DNA of 64,000 bases from Octopus sinensis. Lineage: Eukaryota. Of the stretch, positions 28,827 through 41,712 are shown piece by piece. A program made the position numbers and the translations under genes. How positions within the stretch are numbered: position 1 is the stretch's first letter; each line of letters begins with the position of its first letter. Below the pieces are notes generated by a model that saw nothing but the letters and a program-made list of their open reading frames with translations, was not told the origin of the DNA and made no database searches. The stretch is from the NCBI RefSeq assembly GCF_006345805.1, contig NC_043014.1, positions 51,770,001-51,834,000 on the forward strand, written 5' to 3'.

Positions 28827-29150
28827 ACGGCCACTCCGTCAGTTACGACGGTGAGGGTTTCAGTTGATCCGATCATCAGGAAACGCCTGCTCCTGAAATT
28901 TACGTTGAAATGGCTGTGCACTCCTCAGACACATGTCTCCGTGACGTAGATCTGATGGTAATTCAGTGTAACACAGAATGTGGCAAGAGTTGCCCCTTGA
29001 ATTATAGGTATAACTCACTTTTGCTAGCTGAGTGCCTCGGAGGAACGTGAACTAAGGTGTTTTTTCAAAGACACCAGTCAAAACCGTGAATCGAACTCAG
29101 AACCTTACGATCGGAAGTAGACTGTCCGAACGACTACGCCATGCGTCTTC
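28827..29150 (-). mobile_element. SINE family C, diverged
   Basis: Matches 30450-30685 and the reverse complement of 56612-56915. Confidence 0.75.
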
Positions 29151-29704
29151 ATAACGGGTATATATTGCAAAGTATATTATTTTAAATTTCAAATGCCCTG
29201 TAAAATCGCTGACAGAGCGAGGGGGTAAGTAAGAAAAGTAAGAAAGAATGAAAGACAGAAAGGGAGGGAGTAAGAGAAATATAGTGAGTGAGATAGTGCG
29301 AGAAAAATACATAGAGAGGGGGAAAGAGTCAGAAAGGAATTTGTCTTTGATTATTCCATATGCGGAAAAGACAAAAAAAGAGAAAAAAAAAACGGAATGC
29401 GTAATCTAACTCGTGATACGTTTACGTAAAGGATAGAATGTATACACTTTGTACAGTGTTACTCGGAAATCCTTTTGAGCCAGAGTGATATAGGCATATT
29501 CAACATCTTCGACACAACAAATATTTTATCCACCACTCTCATGTCAAGGAATACAACACTACTTTGTCACATCATTTGATAGCGAGAGCCATCCAACACC
29601 CCGACGTTCATGCAATAACACACTTTTAAAAACATAGTAAGGGGGATATATTTGAACACATAATCTGAATCATATAAAAAGGCGGCATTTTTGCTTGAGG
29701 TCAG

Positions 29705-29790
29705 GTTTGACATGGTGAACCCAAACAAAACAGAACTGACGCTGGTAGACAATAGATTATTACATTATGGTCCATACTTTGATCAGCAAG
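29705..29790 (+). CDS. Candidate exon, product unknown
   Basis: cag|G...CAAG|gtaaca inside a high-complexity ORF (FDMVNPNKTELTLVDNRLLHYGPYFDQQ); weak acceptor. Confidence 0.2.
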
Positions 29791-30189
29791 GTAACAGAAC
29801 ACTCATTAATGGTACGGTTTTCACACTACTTATTGTTGACAACAAGCAATGCTTTCAAAATGAATTATTCGTATCGCTATTCTAAGTACGGTACACAACG
29901 GTAAAACATACATTGCGGTGACAGAAGAGAACGATTCTACAATTGATACATGATAATCAATGTGAATCCATAGACTGTTATGTTAAGTATCTCTAACAAG
30001 CAAAATTGTAAGAAGACTGGGAGGAAGAGAAGAGGAGAATTGATTTCTTATAAGTGAAACCGTAGAAGCGTTCGATAAGTTTAACTGCCAAGAGGATTGA
30101 AAACTCTAATATTGCCTCGGGATAGAAACCGATGGAAGAAAGCGATTCAATTTTGACTCTTTGATTGAAGACAATATACATCTGGACAG

Positions 30190-30349
30190 TTTAGTGGTTA
30201 TTGTCGCTATCGTCTATTATAAGGAGTTTGCTTCTCGACCACGTGGTTTCGGGTTCACTTCCGCTGCGTGAGACCAATGGCAAGTGTCTTTTTTTTTACT
30301 ATAGCCTCAGACCGGCCAAAATGATGTAAGCGGAATGACAACCAGCACC

Positions 30350-30350
<1 letters not shown>
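30190..30350 (+). mobile_element. Degenerate SINE B 5' fragment
   Basis: cacgtggtttcgggttcacttccgctgcgtg...ggcaagtgtctt...actatagcctc. Confidence 0.6.
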
Positions 30351-30393
<43 letters not shown>

Positions 30394-30398
<5 letters not shown>

Positions 30399-30685
30399 CT
30401 GGGACCCTCGTCGTCGCAACCGACGGAGTGCTCCTTGTATATATATACGATCAACGGAACAGCTTGCTCGTGAATTTAACGTGCAAGTGACAGAGCACTC
30501 CACAGACACATGTACCCTTAACGTAGTTCTCGGGGAGATTCAGCGTGACAGTGTGTGACAAGGCTGGCCCTTTGAAATACAGGTACTACTCATTTTTTCC
30601 AGCAGGAGCAACGTGAAATAAAGTGTCTTGCTCAAGGACACAACGCGCTGCCAGGAATTGAACTCACGAACTTACGATCACGCCT
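30394..30685 (-). mobile_element. SINE family C with inverted terminal segment
   Basis: Body at 30450-30685 on the minus strand; tail at 30394-30447 flipped to the plus strand. Confidence 0.82.
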
Positions 30686-30984
30686 TCATATATATCTCTA
30701 TATATATAAAATATATAGATATAAATCGGCTCTCTTCATTGAAATCTACATGAAAATTGCTGCTACATATCTCGTCCATGAACTTCACAATTTTGTAGTG
30801 TACCGCTCTCTTTACTAGTTCTGATTTGGGAACTGGGTGAAAAGAAAAGTATCAATTGGTTATGGCTGGCTTTCGACTTGTGTCACAGTTCTACAGAACC
30901 AATATGGCAGCTGCTATCGATCCAACACTCGAAAAACTCCGACGCTTCTTCGCCCCTCTATTAAATCAATGGGGAAGGCCTGTA

Positions 30985-31235
30985 GATTAATGGCTAGAGT
31001 ATTTGGTGCGTTGTGTCCTTGAGCAAGACTCTTTATTTAACGTTTCTCAAGCCCACGCAGCAGGCAAAAAAAAGAGAGGTGTACCTCTGTTTCAAAGGGC
31101 CAGCCTTGACACATCTTGCGTCACGCTGAATCTCTCTGAAAATACGTCTAGATTATTTGTGCCTGTGGTGCGCTCAGTCAATTTCTCGAGCAGGCTGTTC
31201 CGCTGATCAAATCAACTGGAACATTTGCCACTGTA
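30985..31235 (+). mobile_element. SINE family C
   Basis: gcgttgtgtccttgagcaagac...aaagggccagcc...tcacgctgaatctc...gctgttccgctgatcaaatcaactgg. Confidence 0.82.
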
Positions 31236-31282
31236 ACCGACAAATTCCAGTTAAATTAATTATATGTTAATTATATGTTTCT

Positions 31283-31510
31283 TTATTGCCCACAGTGGGC
31301 TAAACATAGAGGGGACAAAGAAGGACAGGCAGACGGATTAAGTCGATTACATCGACCCTAGTGCGTAGCTGGTACTTAATTTTATCGACCCCGATGAAAG
31401 GATGAAAGGCAAAGTCGACCCTGGCGGAATTTGAACTCAGAACGTAACGGCAGACGAAATACAGCGACGCATTTCGCCCGGCGTGCTAACGGTTCAGCCA
31501 GCTCGCCGCC
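31283..31510 (-). mobile_element. SINE family A, full length
   Basis: Reverse complement of 36412-36643. Confidence 0.9.
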
Positions 31511-32125
31511 TTATTCCAGTTAAATTAATTATATCAAAAGGAAGGCATTGTCACCATAAACGAAATTATCACATCACAGATAGAATCTGTTACATTCATT
31601 GGAACATATTTTATGATGAAGCATTTGTGTTCCTGAATCGAAAGACGTTAAATACAATTGGGGTATGATTTATAGCACATGATTCCCTGCTAATAAATAA
31701 TCTAGGATACTCATGCTGCGAGAAACTTACATGTAACGTAGTGTCCACCAAAATGCTATTAGTAAGAGACTGATATGCAGTCGGTTACGTAGATTCCTTT
31801 AGTAATGTAATCTGAAAGTTAAGTGGAAATACATGTACAAACCTTTTGAAAGTCTGAAACGGGGAAAACGGACGTGATGTTATGTATAAAATTAAAGATT
31901 ATACAATAATGGCGATTAGTTTTAGATGAGATGAAGAACGGTTGAGTTTATGATGCTGCGTGTGTGTGTGTTTGTGTATGAATGGATGTGTAGGCGTAGG
32001 TGTGTATAGTTGTGGTTATTTGTGTGTGTGTGTGGGTGTGTGTTTGTGTGTTTGTGTGTGCGTATGAGGGGAAGATAATTCTGTAATTGTGCATGTAATG
32101 GCGTAGTGTTAAGCTCGTTATTTAC

Positions 32126-32218
32126 ATATTGGCTTTGAAGTCGGAGCGAGCGGAGAACAAAGATGCTGCCGTTACTGGGAGATAATGTTCATAAATAGGT
32201 GAAAACGGTTCTTCTCTC
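32126..32218 (-). CDS. Candidate exon, product unknown
   Basis: tag|G after a pyrimidine tract, AT|gtaaat donor, 93 nt open (REEPFSPIYEHYLPVTAASLFSARSDFKAN). Confidence 0.15.
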
Positions 32219-32239
32219 CTATTCGATGCATGATTCAGT

Positions 32240-32820
32240 GAGAGAGAGAGAGAGAGAAAGGGGAAGATAGAGGGAGCACACAGATATACAGAGATGGACA
32301 GAGAGAGAAAGAGAGAGAGAGAGAGAGAAAGGGGCAGATAGAGGGAGCACACAGATATACAGAGATGGACAGAGAGAGAAAGAGAGAGAGAGAAAAAGGG
32401 GCAGATAGCGGGAGCACACAGATAGACAGAGATGGAGAGAGAAAGACAGAGAGAGAGAGAGAGAAAGGGGCAGATAGAGGGAGCACACAGATATACAGAG
32501 ATGGACAGAGAGAGAAAGAGAGAGAGAGAGAAAGGGGCAGATAGCGGGAGCACACAGATAGACAGAGATGGAGAGAGAAAGATAGAGAGAGAGAAAGGGG
32601 CAGATAGCGGGAGCACACAGATAGACAGAGATGGAGAGAGAAAGAAAGAGAGAGAGAGAGAAAGGGGCAGATAGCGGGAGCACACAGATAGACAGAGATG
32701 GAGAGAGAAAGAAAGAGAGAGAGAGAGAAAGGGGCAGATAGCGGGAGCACACAGATAGACAAAGATGGAGAGAGAGAGAGAGAGAAAGGGACATATAGAG
32801 GGAGCACACAGATAAACAGA

Positions 32821-32856
<36 letters not shown>

Positions 32857-33045
32857 GACATATAGAGGGAGCACAAAGATAGACAGAGATGGAGAGAGAA
32901 AGAGAGAGAGAAAGGGACATATAGAGGGAGCACACAGATAGACAGAGATGGAGAGAGAAAGGGAGAGAGAGAGAGAGAAAGGGGCAGATAGAGGGAGCAC
33001 ACAGATGGACAGAGATGGAGAGAGAGAGAGAGAAATGGACATATA
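32240..33045. repeat. Purine-strand minisatellite, 12 full units plus 1 partial (~55-70 bp)
   Basis: Unit (ga)n-aaggggcagatagagggagcacacagata(t/g)acagagatgga. Confidence 0.95.
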
Positions 33046-33451
33046 GAAGCACAATGATAGAAAGAAATGGAGAAAGAGAGAAAGAGAGATAAAGGAAGAA
33101 GAACGAGGAGATAGGGATGGCGAGAGAGAAAGGGAGAGTGATGGAAGTAAGCAAATTGTTTATGAAGCGTAAAAAACTCTCAATGTAAGGTAGGGACATT
33201 ATTAATATGCACCCACACAACTACATAGACACAGGAAATTATATGAAATACGCGGAACACACGAGCACACACACATATATATATATAGACCCCACCCCCA
33301 CACACGAAAGCACATGCACACGGACACACGGACACACACGCGTGCGTATACTCCTACGTACATAAAAAACACAGAGAAATACTAAAACACCATCATCTGT
33401 AACATCATATTAATTTTTGTACAGAATATTATTGAAGTTAATTCTCTTGCA

Positions 33452-33482
<31 letters not shown>

Positions 33483-33495
33483 GTAGTAGTAGTAG

Positions 33496-33935
33496 CAGTC
33501 CGAGGTTGACTTCGCCTTTCATCCTGCTGAGTGGATAAATTAAGTACCAGGGATGATGATGATGATAATAATAATATTACATCCACCCCAGTACGCAACT
33601 GGTACTTAGTTTATTTACCCCGAAAGGATGAAAGGCAAAGTCGACCTCAGCGGAACTCGAACTCAGTACGTAAAGACGGATGAAATGCCGCTAAGCATTT
33701 TGCCCGGTGTGCTAACGTCTCTGCCAGCTCGCCGCCTTATAATAATAATAATAATAATGATAATAATAATTCTAATTAAGATTATCATCATTACTATTAT
33801 GGCGGCGTGATGGCAGAATCGTTAGCACCCTGGGCGATTGTGTACTGTAACAGTTGTGTACTGGGGTCGATGTAATCAATTCATACCACCCACCAAAACA
33901 GAAAAATAATTGCTGCCCGTGTGGCAAAATTTGAA
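33496..33935. mobile_element. Cluster of three SINE A fragments (+, -, +) among (AAT)n tracts
   Basis: 33496-33548 plus, 33576-33738 minus, 33801-33935 plus. Confidence 0.82.
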
Positions 33936-33974
33936 ATCATTGTTGTTGCTATTATTATTATTATTATTATTATT

Positions 33975-34528
33975 GAGTGAGAGAGCAGTTCATGCCATCA
34001 AAGTGACACTGGGGTAAAATATACGAAGCCCAATATACCCATCATGACTACCCGTCTGATAAAGGTACACCAGGCACATGCATCACAACCATATGTGCGC
34101 GACATGGTGATCTCATATCAAGATAAACTGCACATGACCTTGCAGGTGGGGCCCAGTTAGAATTTTCTTCAGGTTGAGTAGCCCATCCTGCTCAAACGGT
34201 CCCTGAATAAGGGTTGCTTTAGGATGTTGAACGAAACACCTATGTTTCCAGAGGTGAACCATTCAAACCCCAAAGAATCCCTCTCAGCACATGGCTATGA
34301 TGCTCCCCCACTATTTCTGCTCGTGATCAGAGATGCACATATCGTCAGCCACTAAGGGACATGCTCAACTGGTTAAGGTCAAACAACTGACAAGCAAATC
34401 TGTGGTATTGAGCAGAATATTTGCTGTAGCCAATCTTTTATACCAAGACAAAACAATGTACATGATAACACTTCCAGTCAGTTAAGATCAGAAGCCATGA
34501 GAGCCACTGCCTGGTACTGCATCAGGGC

Positions 34529-34529
<1 letters not shown>
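33975..34529 (-). mobile_element. Family E retroposon embedded in (AAT)n
   Basis: Closely matches 13355-13903; (TTA)n on both flanks. Confidence 0.85.
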
Positions 34530-34570
<41 letters not shown>

Positions 34571-35569
34571 CATTGCTGTTGTTATTATTTTATAATGCAG
34601 GCCTATGGATAATTGGGCCTTATCTAAAGACCGCTACAATAATTACTAATAAAAAGCATTGAGATTAAGTTTTTTGGCCCACATCCTTGAGGATGGTACC
34701 CTATCATGTTCACCGTCCAATGATTCTATACAAGATTCTCGAAATTGGAATCGACAAGCATTGAGGCGCGATCTATAAATTATATCATTCCCATAAGTCA
34801 GACATTATGATAGCTATAGTGCCTGTCTTTAGCAATAATGAGGTATAAAACACTGGAGAGATAAGTACTAAAGTACATATAATTAAGTCTAACTGGAAGA
34901 CTAACACTTATGGTAACAAACATAACTGTAGGGTTTGCCGAAGTAAAGCTAAATTGATTATTCCGAAAGAAAAATTGAGTTAATGAGTGCGTATGCTTGT
35001 GAATACTAGTAAGATGTATGTGTGTGTACATAGATATTTGTAAGTATGTGCTTTTGTATTTTTGCTCGTTTTAGCACCTGTCTATAAAAGCATCAATGAT
35101 GATATTTCTTGAATCATTTCCACAACATAGAGACACAGGTGACAAGCTCGTATTCAACCACATGTGATCGGTTTCTAACACATATCTCGAAAAACACCTA
35201 GAAATATCAGATATGTATGTTGTCGTTTTAGAGTGTCAGTACTCACACACACATACACACACGCATTTCATTGATGTTATTTCTATTGCAAAGTGTTTTT
35301 AAAAAATTATTATCGGAATATTTCCTCATGCTTGTACAGTATATTGCTGATGTTTCCTTCCTATTTTTTATTATATTTCTATATTTTTTGGTCATAGTTA
35401 AGTTCTGTTAACGACTTTCAAAATATAGACGCTGAAAAAACCTCTGCTCCAATAAACAAAACTGCAACTATAAACAAAAATGTAGGTTATCAATCCCTCT
35501 TCCTGTGCAGTAGGCATACTTACATCCCTCCTGTATCATCTCCGTGGCATACTATATCTATTTCTTTAC

Positions 35570-35791
35570 CCTCTACAAGGGGCTAAAAACAGAAGGAACA
35601 AACAAGGACAGACAAACGGATTAAGTCGATTATATCGACCCCAGTACGTAACTGGTACTTATTGAATCGACCCCGAAAGGATGAAAGGCAAATTCCGACC
35701 TCGGCAGAATTTGAACTCAGAACATAGCGGCCGATGAAATACCGCAAATCATTTCACCCGGCGTACTAACGTTTCTGGCAGCTCACCGCCT
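35570..35791 (-). mobile_element. SINE family A
   Basis: Aligns to 31283-31510. Confidence 0.88.
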
Positions 35792-36411
35792 TCTGCGGCA
35801 TATTGTATCATGTCATACACCAGTATTATAAACCAATATTTGACACAAAAATTATAAAGGACATCTACGTCACCATACTGTAATCTTGAATGTAAACGTC
35901 TTCCTGCCGCCGACGAAATGTCGCCAGAATATTGTCTGCTCTACGGCGTAGGCCATATATAAGACACACTCTCATTGCTTCTTTTGTGAGTTTTCTGGCT
36001 GAATGGAACCTACGAATTAAGATCCAAATTTTCTTCATAAGAATGCTCTCAGTTTTCTTTAAAAGTTTCTCTTTATTTGCATTCCGAGTGTGTATGACAG
36101 TTTTATCCCTTTGAAATAAAATAGCATGGTATTGAGTAAAACATCACAGTGCCTGTGTTGGTTCTTGAACTTATCCACAACACATCTCTCTCCCTCACAC
36201 TTCTCTCCCTCCCACTTATTCTTATATAATATGTGTGAGTGCTCGCGTGGAAAGTACGAGCGAAAGAGAGAGTGAGAGATATGTATTGTGAATATGTTGA
36301 AGACAGACATGAACATCGTCGTAGAGAGGATTATTTCTTGCCTATTTTTGACTACACAGACACCTCACATAAATAATGGAAGGGGAGAAGAGGTAGGAAT
36401 ACATAAAATTA

Positions 36412-37013
36412 AGGCGGCGAGCTGACAGAAACGTTAGCACGCCGGGCGAAATGCTTAGCGGTATTTCGTCTGCCGTGACGTTCTGAGTTCAAATTCCGCC
36501 GAGGTCGACTTTGCCTTTCATCCTTTCGGGATTGATAAATTAAGTACAAATTGCGCACTGGGGTCGATGTAATCGACTTAGTCCCATTCTCTGTCCTTGT
36601 TTGTCCCCTCTATATTTAGCCCCCTTGTGGGTAATAAAGAAATAGGTATTTCGTCTGCCGTGACGTTCTGAGTTCAAATTCCGCCGAGGTCGACTTTGCC
36701 TTTCATCCTTTTGGGGTTGATAAATTAAGTACAAATTGCGCACTGGGGTCGATGTAATCGACTTAGTCCCATTCTCTGTCCTTGTTTGTCCCCTCTATAT
36801 TTAGCCCCCTTGTGGGTAATAAAGAAATAGGTATTTCGTCTGCCGTGACGTTCTGAGTTCAAATTCCGCCGAGGTCGACTTTGCCTTTCATCCTTTCGGG
36901 GTCGATAAATTAAGTACCAGTTACGCACTGGTGTCGATATAATCGAATTAATCCGTGTGTCTGTCCTTGTTTGCCCCCACTATGTTTAGCCCCTTGTGGG
37001 CAGTAAAGAAATA
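36412..37013 (+). mobile_element. SINE family A with three tandem 185-bp body units
   Basis: Head ggcggcgagctgacagaa, B-box gagttcaaattcc; gtatttcgtctgccg recurs at 36461, 36646 and 36831. Confidence 0.92.
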
Positions 37014-37614
37014 TATTTTCGCCTATTTCTGACTACTTAGACACCTAAAATAATTCATGGAAGAGGAGAAGAGGTAGGAATATATAACAGTACAGAAGAG
37101 GACGGCATGGTTTCATTCCCTCGTTACTCTATGCGTCCAAAACGTTGAGCGATTTCCCCTCAACCGTTTGAGTACGATTTTCAGCAGATATATTCACACA
37201 GCTAGATCAACTTTCCTATGATAAAAATCCTGATATTTAATTGGATGCATCAATATGACCTTTAGCCTCGTTATAATAGCGCAATTATTTTTAGTTTTTA
37301 TTTATTGATCAAAGCTATCAGAAGTACATTTCTTACATCAAATTAATTAGATCTTTATATGTAATACAATATAATATGCAATGACATTTAATTCATCTGC
37401 TCACCATAATTATGCTTTCTCGACTATGCTCATCTCTCTCTCTCTCTCTCGCTCCTACTCTCATCATTCTCTCGCTCTATTTCTCTCTCTCCTACTCTCT
37501 CTCACACTCTCCCGTTCTATGCTTACTCTATTTTTCGAACTGTTCATTGAATGTTCCAGATGTTTTGTTACATGATATATATAGTTGGATAAACATATAT
37601 CATTTGTGTTATAT

Positions 37615-37805
37615 TCTACTTCTTTTAGTCTTTGAACTGCGGCCACGATGGAGCGTCACCTTCAAGGGGTCAGTGGAGACCCCCCCCCCCAATACTTAGT
37701 TTTTTGTTTTGTTTTCTTGTGAAACTATGTATATGAGCCTTAATCTCTCGGTCGCTAAGTTACCAGGGAGTAAACAAATTAACATGAGTGTTCAGGCGGT
37801 GCCGG
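37615..37805 (-). mobile_element. SINE B 3' half, degenerate
   Basis: ttttagtctttgaactgcggccacgatggagcgtcacc...cgctaagttac. Confidence 0.6.
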
Positions 37806-37934
37806 GGGAGAAATTAGCAAATCGGTAATTAAGACCGTATCAGGATTATTAAAAACAAAACAAAACATAATTACTGGGTTCGATTTGTTCGAATAAAGTG
37901 TAGAGACAAATAAAAGATATATATATATATATAT

Positions 37935-38126
37935 ATATCACGTGAACACGTGACCGACCAGACCATCAGATGTTGTAACACATCGCTGGTCACAATGCGT
38001 TCGCATTGTTTTAGCCTTCGAATGACGCCACCCCGCTGGCTAAGCGAGCAGGCCAACAGAAGAAAAGTGGGAGTAAGAGTGGTGAAAGAGTACAGCTGCC
38101 CTAACCACTGGGCTATTGCGCCTCCA
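37935..38126 (-). mobile_element. SINE family D, internally deleted
   Basis: Matches 50153-50290 and 50420-50452. Confidence 0.82.
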
Positions 38127-38131
38127 CACAC

Positions 38132-38165
<34 letters not shown>

Positions 38166-38499
38166 GTGTGTGTGCATGTATGTATGTATGTATATATGTC
38201 TCTTTCTTCCTACTTCTGCCGCACAGCAGAAGAACCATGGTGTAACCCACTATGGTGTGGTAAACGTTCAGATACTAGTAAAGATTACGAATTCTCTGTA
38301 CCCCAGGATGGTTCAGCTCTCCGCCAGTTAAAATCCACCGTTTACAGAATGAAGATAACAACGTAGCTTTCGCGCCCATGCAACCGCCAGTGGTGGGTGG
38401 ATCTTCATGTTGCCACACGCATTCTTAGTAGCTTAGAGTAGGCTCGAATTAGAGATTATTCTTTGAGGCTAATGGCGTGAGTCCTGATTGGAAGAAGAA

Positions 38500-38565
38500 G
38501 TAGAAGACGTAGAAGAAGAAGAAGACGTAGAAGAGGACGACGAAGAAGAAGAAGAAGAAGACGGC
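38500..38565. repeat. Imperfect (GAA)n microsatellite
   Basis: Directly visible. Confidence 0.85.
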
Positions 38566-39101
38566 TGTAAAGTCAATAACAATGAAAAACGCATTGCTCT
38601 TATGAAATGATTTAGTGGAGAAGAAAAGTAACCTGACCTCAACACAACAGTCTTCCTATCTATAGCAGATTCACTCATAAACACGCCGTTTCTTATTATC
38701 CGACACGATGCTGTATATTAATATGAATATAATAGAATATAAACATTATGTTTCCCCTTAAGATGGTTTCAACAAACACACAAAAACAGTTCTCAAATAT
38801 TTATTTACCCACATTCAATATAATTAAATGATCGATACATATGCGTAGTGCTAATCATTTGAATATGTTCGATGAAGCAATATGGTTCCGTTCCATCTTT
38901 GTACGGAAAACTAGAAAATTGTTTACTCATTGCATTATATTTCCGAGTATAAATTTGTTGATAAACTAGCAGATTTGTTTGACCACTGCCTTGCAAGAGA
39001 AATTTAGTAGATAAATATAGAGATATCATATTTATCGCCCCAGTTTCTCAATTTCTCCCTCTCCATATGTATGTGTGGAGCGTTTGCAAAAGATATATAT
39101 A

Positions 39102-39165
<64 letters not shown>

Positions 39166-39169
39166 GGTG

Positions 39170-39520
39170 GTTGCAAAGTTTGCCACAAGGGCAGCCATTT
39201 TGCGGGTGAGGGAGAGTCGACCACGCGGTCTCCACTGTTCAACTGGTACTTAACTTATCGACTCCGAAAGGAGAAAAAGGCAAATTGGACCTCGGCGAAA
39301 TTTGAGCTCAGATATATATATATATATATTATTTTACTTGTTTCAGTCATTTGACAGCGGAAATACTGGAGCACCACATTTAGTCGAGCAAATGGACCTC
39401 AGGAATTATTGTTTGTAAGCCTAGTATTTATTTTCTTGATCTCATTCGCCGAACCGCTAAAATACGAACACTTAAACATCCGGTTGTCAATGATGTTGAG
39501 TGGACAACAAACACACACAC
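39170..39520 (-). mobile_element. SINE A tail-variant fragment (39170-39310) followed by SINE B 3' half (39333-39520)
   Basis: Similarity to 42880-43085 and 5636-5840. Confidence 0.72.
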
Positions 39521-39526
39521 ACATAC

Positions 39527-39568
<42 letters not shown>

Positions 39569-40124
39569 CGTATTGGATGTGCTTTGTTTACACGCCTAAT
39601 CTGCTGCAGGATACTATCCTGGGAAATCTCACATTATATATTTGCATCCGATAATGTTTACGCTCCTAGGTTTGTTTTTAATTCATAGCTTAACATGTGT
39701 GTTTCTGTCTGTATGTGTGTAGGCAGAGAGTGAAAGTGAATTCTGCGGGCAGCCTTCAAATTTGTCTCTTAAATAAACATTCGTTTTACCCAATATTTAC
39801 GCCATTATTTATATGTTTCGTCATCAAGCGTTCCAAAACAGATAATTTCATGTTCTCTCCCGCAGTTGAATAAACTCATAAGTAAGAGATTGAGAGAGAA
39901 ATAATATATAGTAATCTCTCTCCTTCACACACACTTAAAACTAACACACGCATTATATACACACTATACACACATACACTGTTTGTCTGTCTGTTTGTTT
40001 CTCTCTCACTATATATATATATATATAAACATAGTAAATAGGGTAATAAAAGTAAATTATTATTACCAGTGACCTAGCACAAAGGACGAATTAGTCATTA
40101 GATTATACGTTATTCATATATAAG

Positions 40125-40229
40125 TACATTAAAAGGATTCCAAATAAAGAAGCGAATGCTAGATACACATGAAAATTATCCCCTTTTTGTGAATCTAGCA
40201 CTCGCTTCTTTATTTGGAAGCCTTTTAAT

Positions 40230-40232
<3 letters not shown>
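40125..40232. other. Isolated 45-bp-arm inverted repeat (mini-MITE or hairpin)
   Basis: 40125-40169 versus 40188-40232, 3 mismatches. Confidence 0.8.
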
Positions 40233-40268
<36 letters not shown>

Positions 40269-40439
40269 GGGGGGGGGGGTGTTCGTGTGTGTTCCTGTGT
40301 GTATTTCCAAAATAGAGGCGAACACATTTCTCTATGCGATCGGCTTGGAAAACTGTGATATTTTCCTACTTCCCTGAACATGAGAAAAATAGTAGCCTTA
40401 TTTCACACACACACACACACATCAACATATATGCATGTG

Positions 40440-40443
40440 TGCG

Positions 40444-40523
<80 letters not shown>

Positions 40524-40551
40524 ATATATATATATTATATATATATATATA

Positions 40552-40606
<55 letters not shown>

Positions 40607-40613
40607 ATATATA

Positions 40614-40692
<79 letters not shown>

Positions 40693-40713
40693 TGTATATA
40701 TATAATATATATG

Positions 40714-40770
<57 letters not shown>

Positions 40771-40771
40771 C

Positions 40772-40811
<40 letters not shown>

Positions 40812-40851
40812 GTATATATATATATATATATATATGTATTATATATATATA

Positions 40852-40909
<58 letters not shown>

Positions 40910-40946
40910 TATATATATATATATAGGTATATATATATATATATGT

Positions 40947-41022
<76 letters not shown>
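40440..41022. repeat. Long interrupted (TA)n array
   Basis: Directly visible. Confidence 0.95.
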
Positions 41023-41025
<3 letters not shown>

Positions 41026-41712
41026 TGTTAGTTTGCATTCTTGGATAATATTGTGTAGTGCTCCGAAATTTTCCCCAATTCATTTCACAGTCGGTGGTGT
41101 TTATCGTTACGACAGCGTCTCGCTGTTAGATCTCTCTATTGCTCTTTTCTTCCGGAGAAGGTTCGAAGGGCTTGTAACGTTTTCCCAAGACACACAACAT
41201 TATTTTTACTGATTTTTGTCATCATCTACGTCGATACAAGCTTCTTAACTGTGCGCCAATGTAATTACCGCAACCCAGTATCCGACTTCAAAATAAAAAC
41301 ATTGATACAGCACAATGGAAGCCATTAATCTATACATCTGTTCTATATAGCAATTAAGTAACGTTACCTTCCAGGAACATTTTAAAACTGGGTTTCTTTA
41401 CTTATATCGGATATTAAACTGCTGCTACTTACATCGACCAACTTCGTATAATTAGATCTTTTGTCGACATAAAACCGTTGCGTTTGTTACAGTTTAATGT
41501 AGCTGATAAGTGGTTTCTTTATTTTTTCCTACCAGTAAATTATCCGATGTAAATTTCTGTGGAAATTACTGACAGATAAAGCCTTCCTTGATGTTGTTTA
41601 ATAAAACTGTGTTTATTTTGTGAATTGATCTTTTCGGAAAATTAGCAATCACCCTCTCTTTCCAAAATCAACATTACCTCTATTTAACTGATGAGGCGTA
41701 AACAATATTTAC

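Noticed and set aside
32122-33220. 310, 333 and 255 aa minus-strand ORFs
   Set aside because: Translation of the GA minisatellite
36412-36500. tRNA gene suggested by A/B boxes
   Set aside because: No cloverleaf; continues into a SINE body present in many copies
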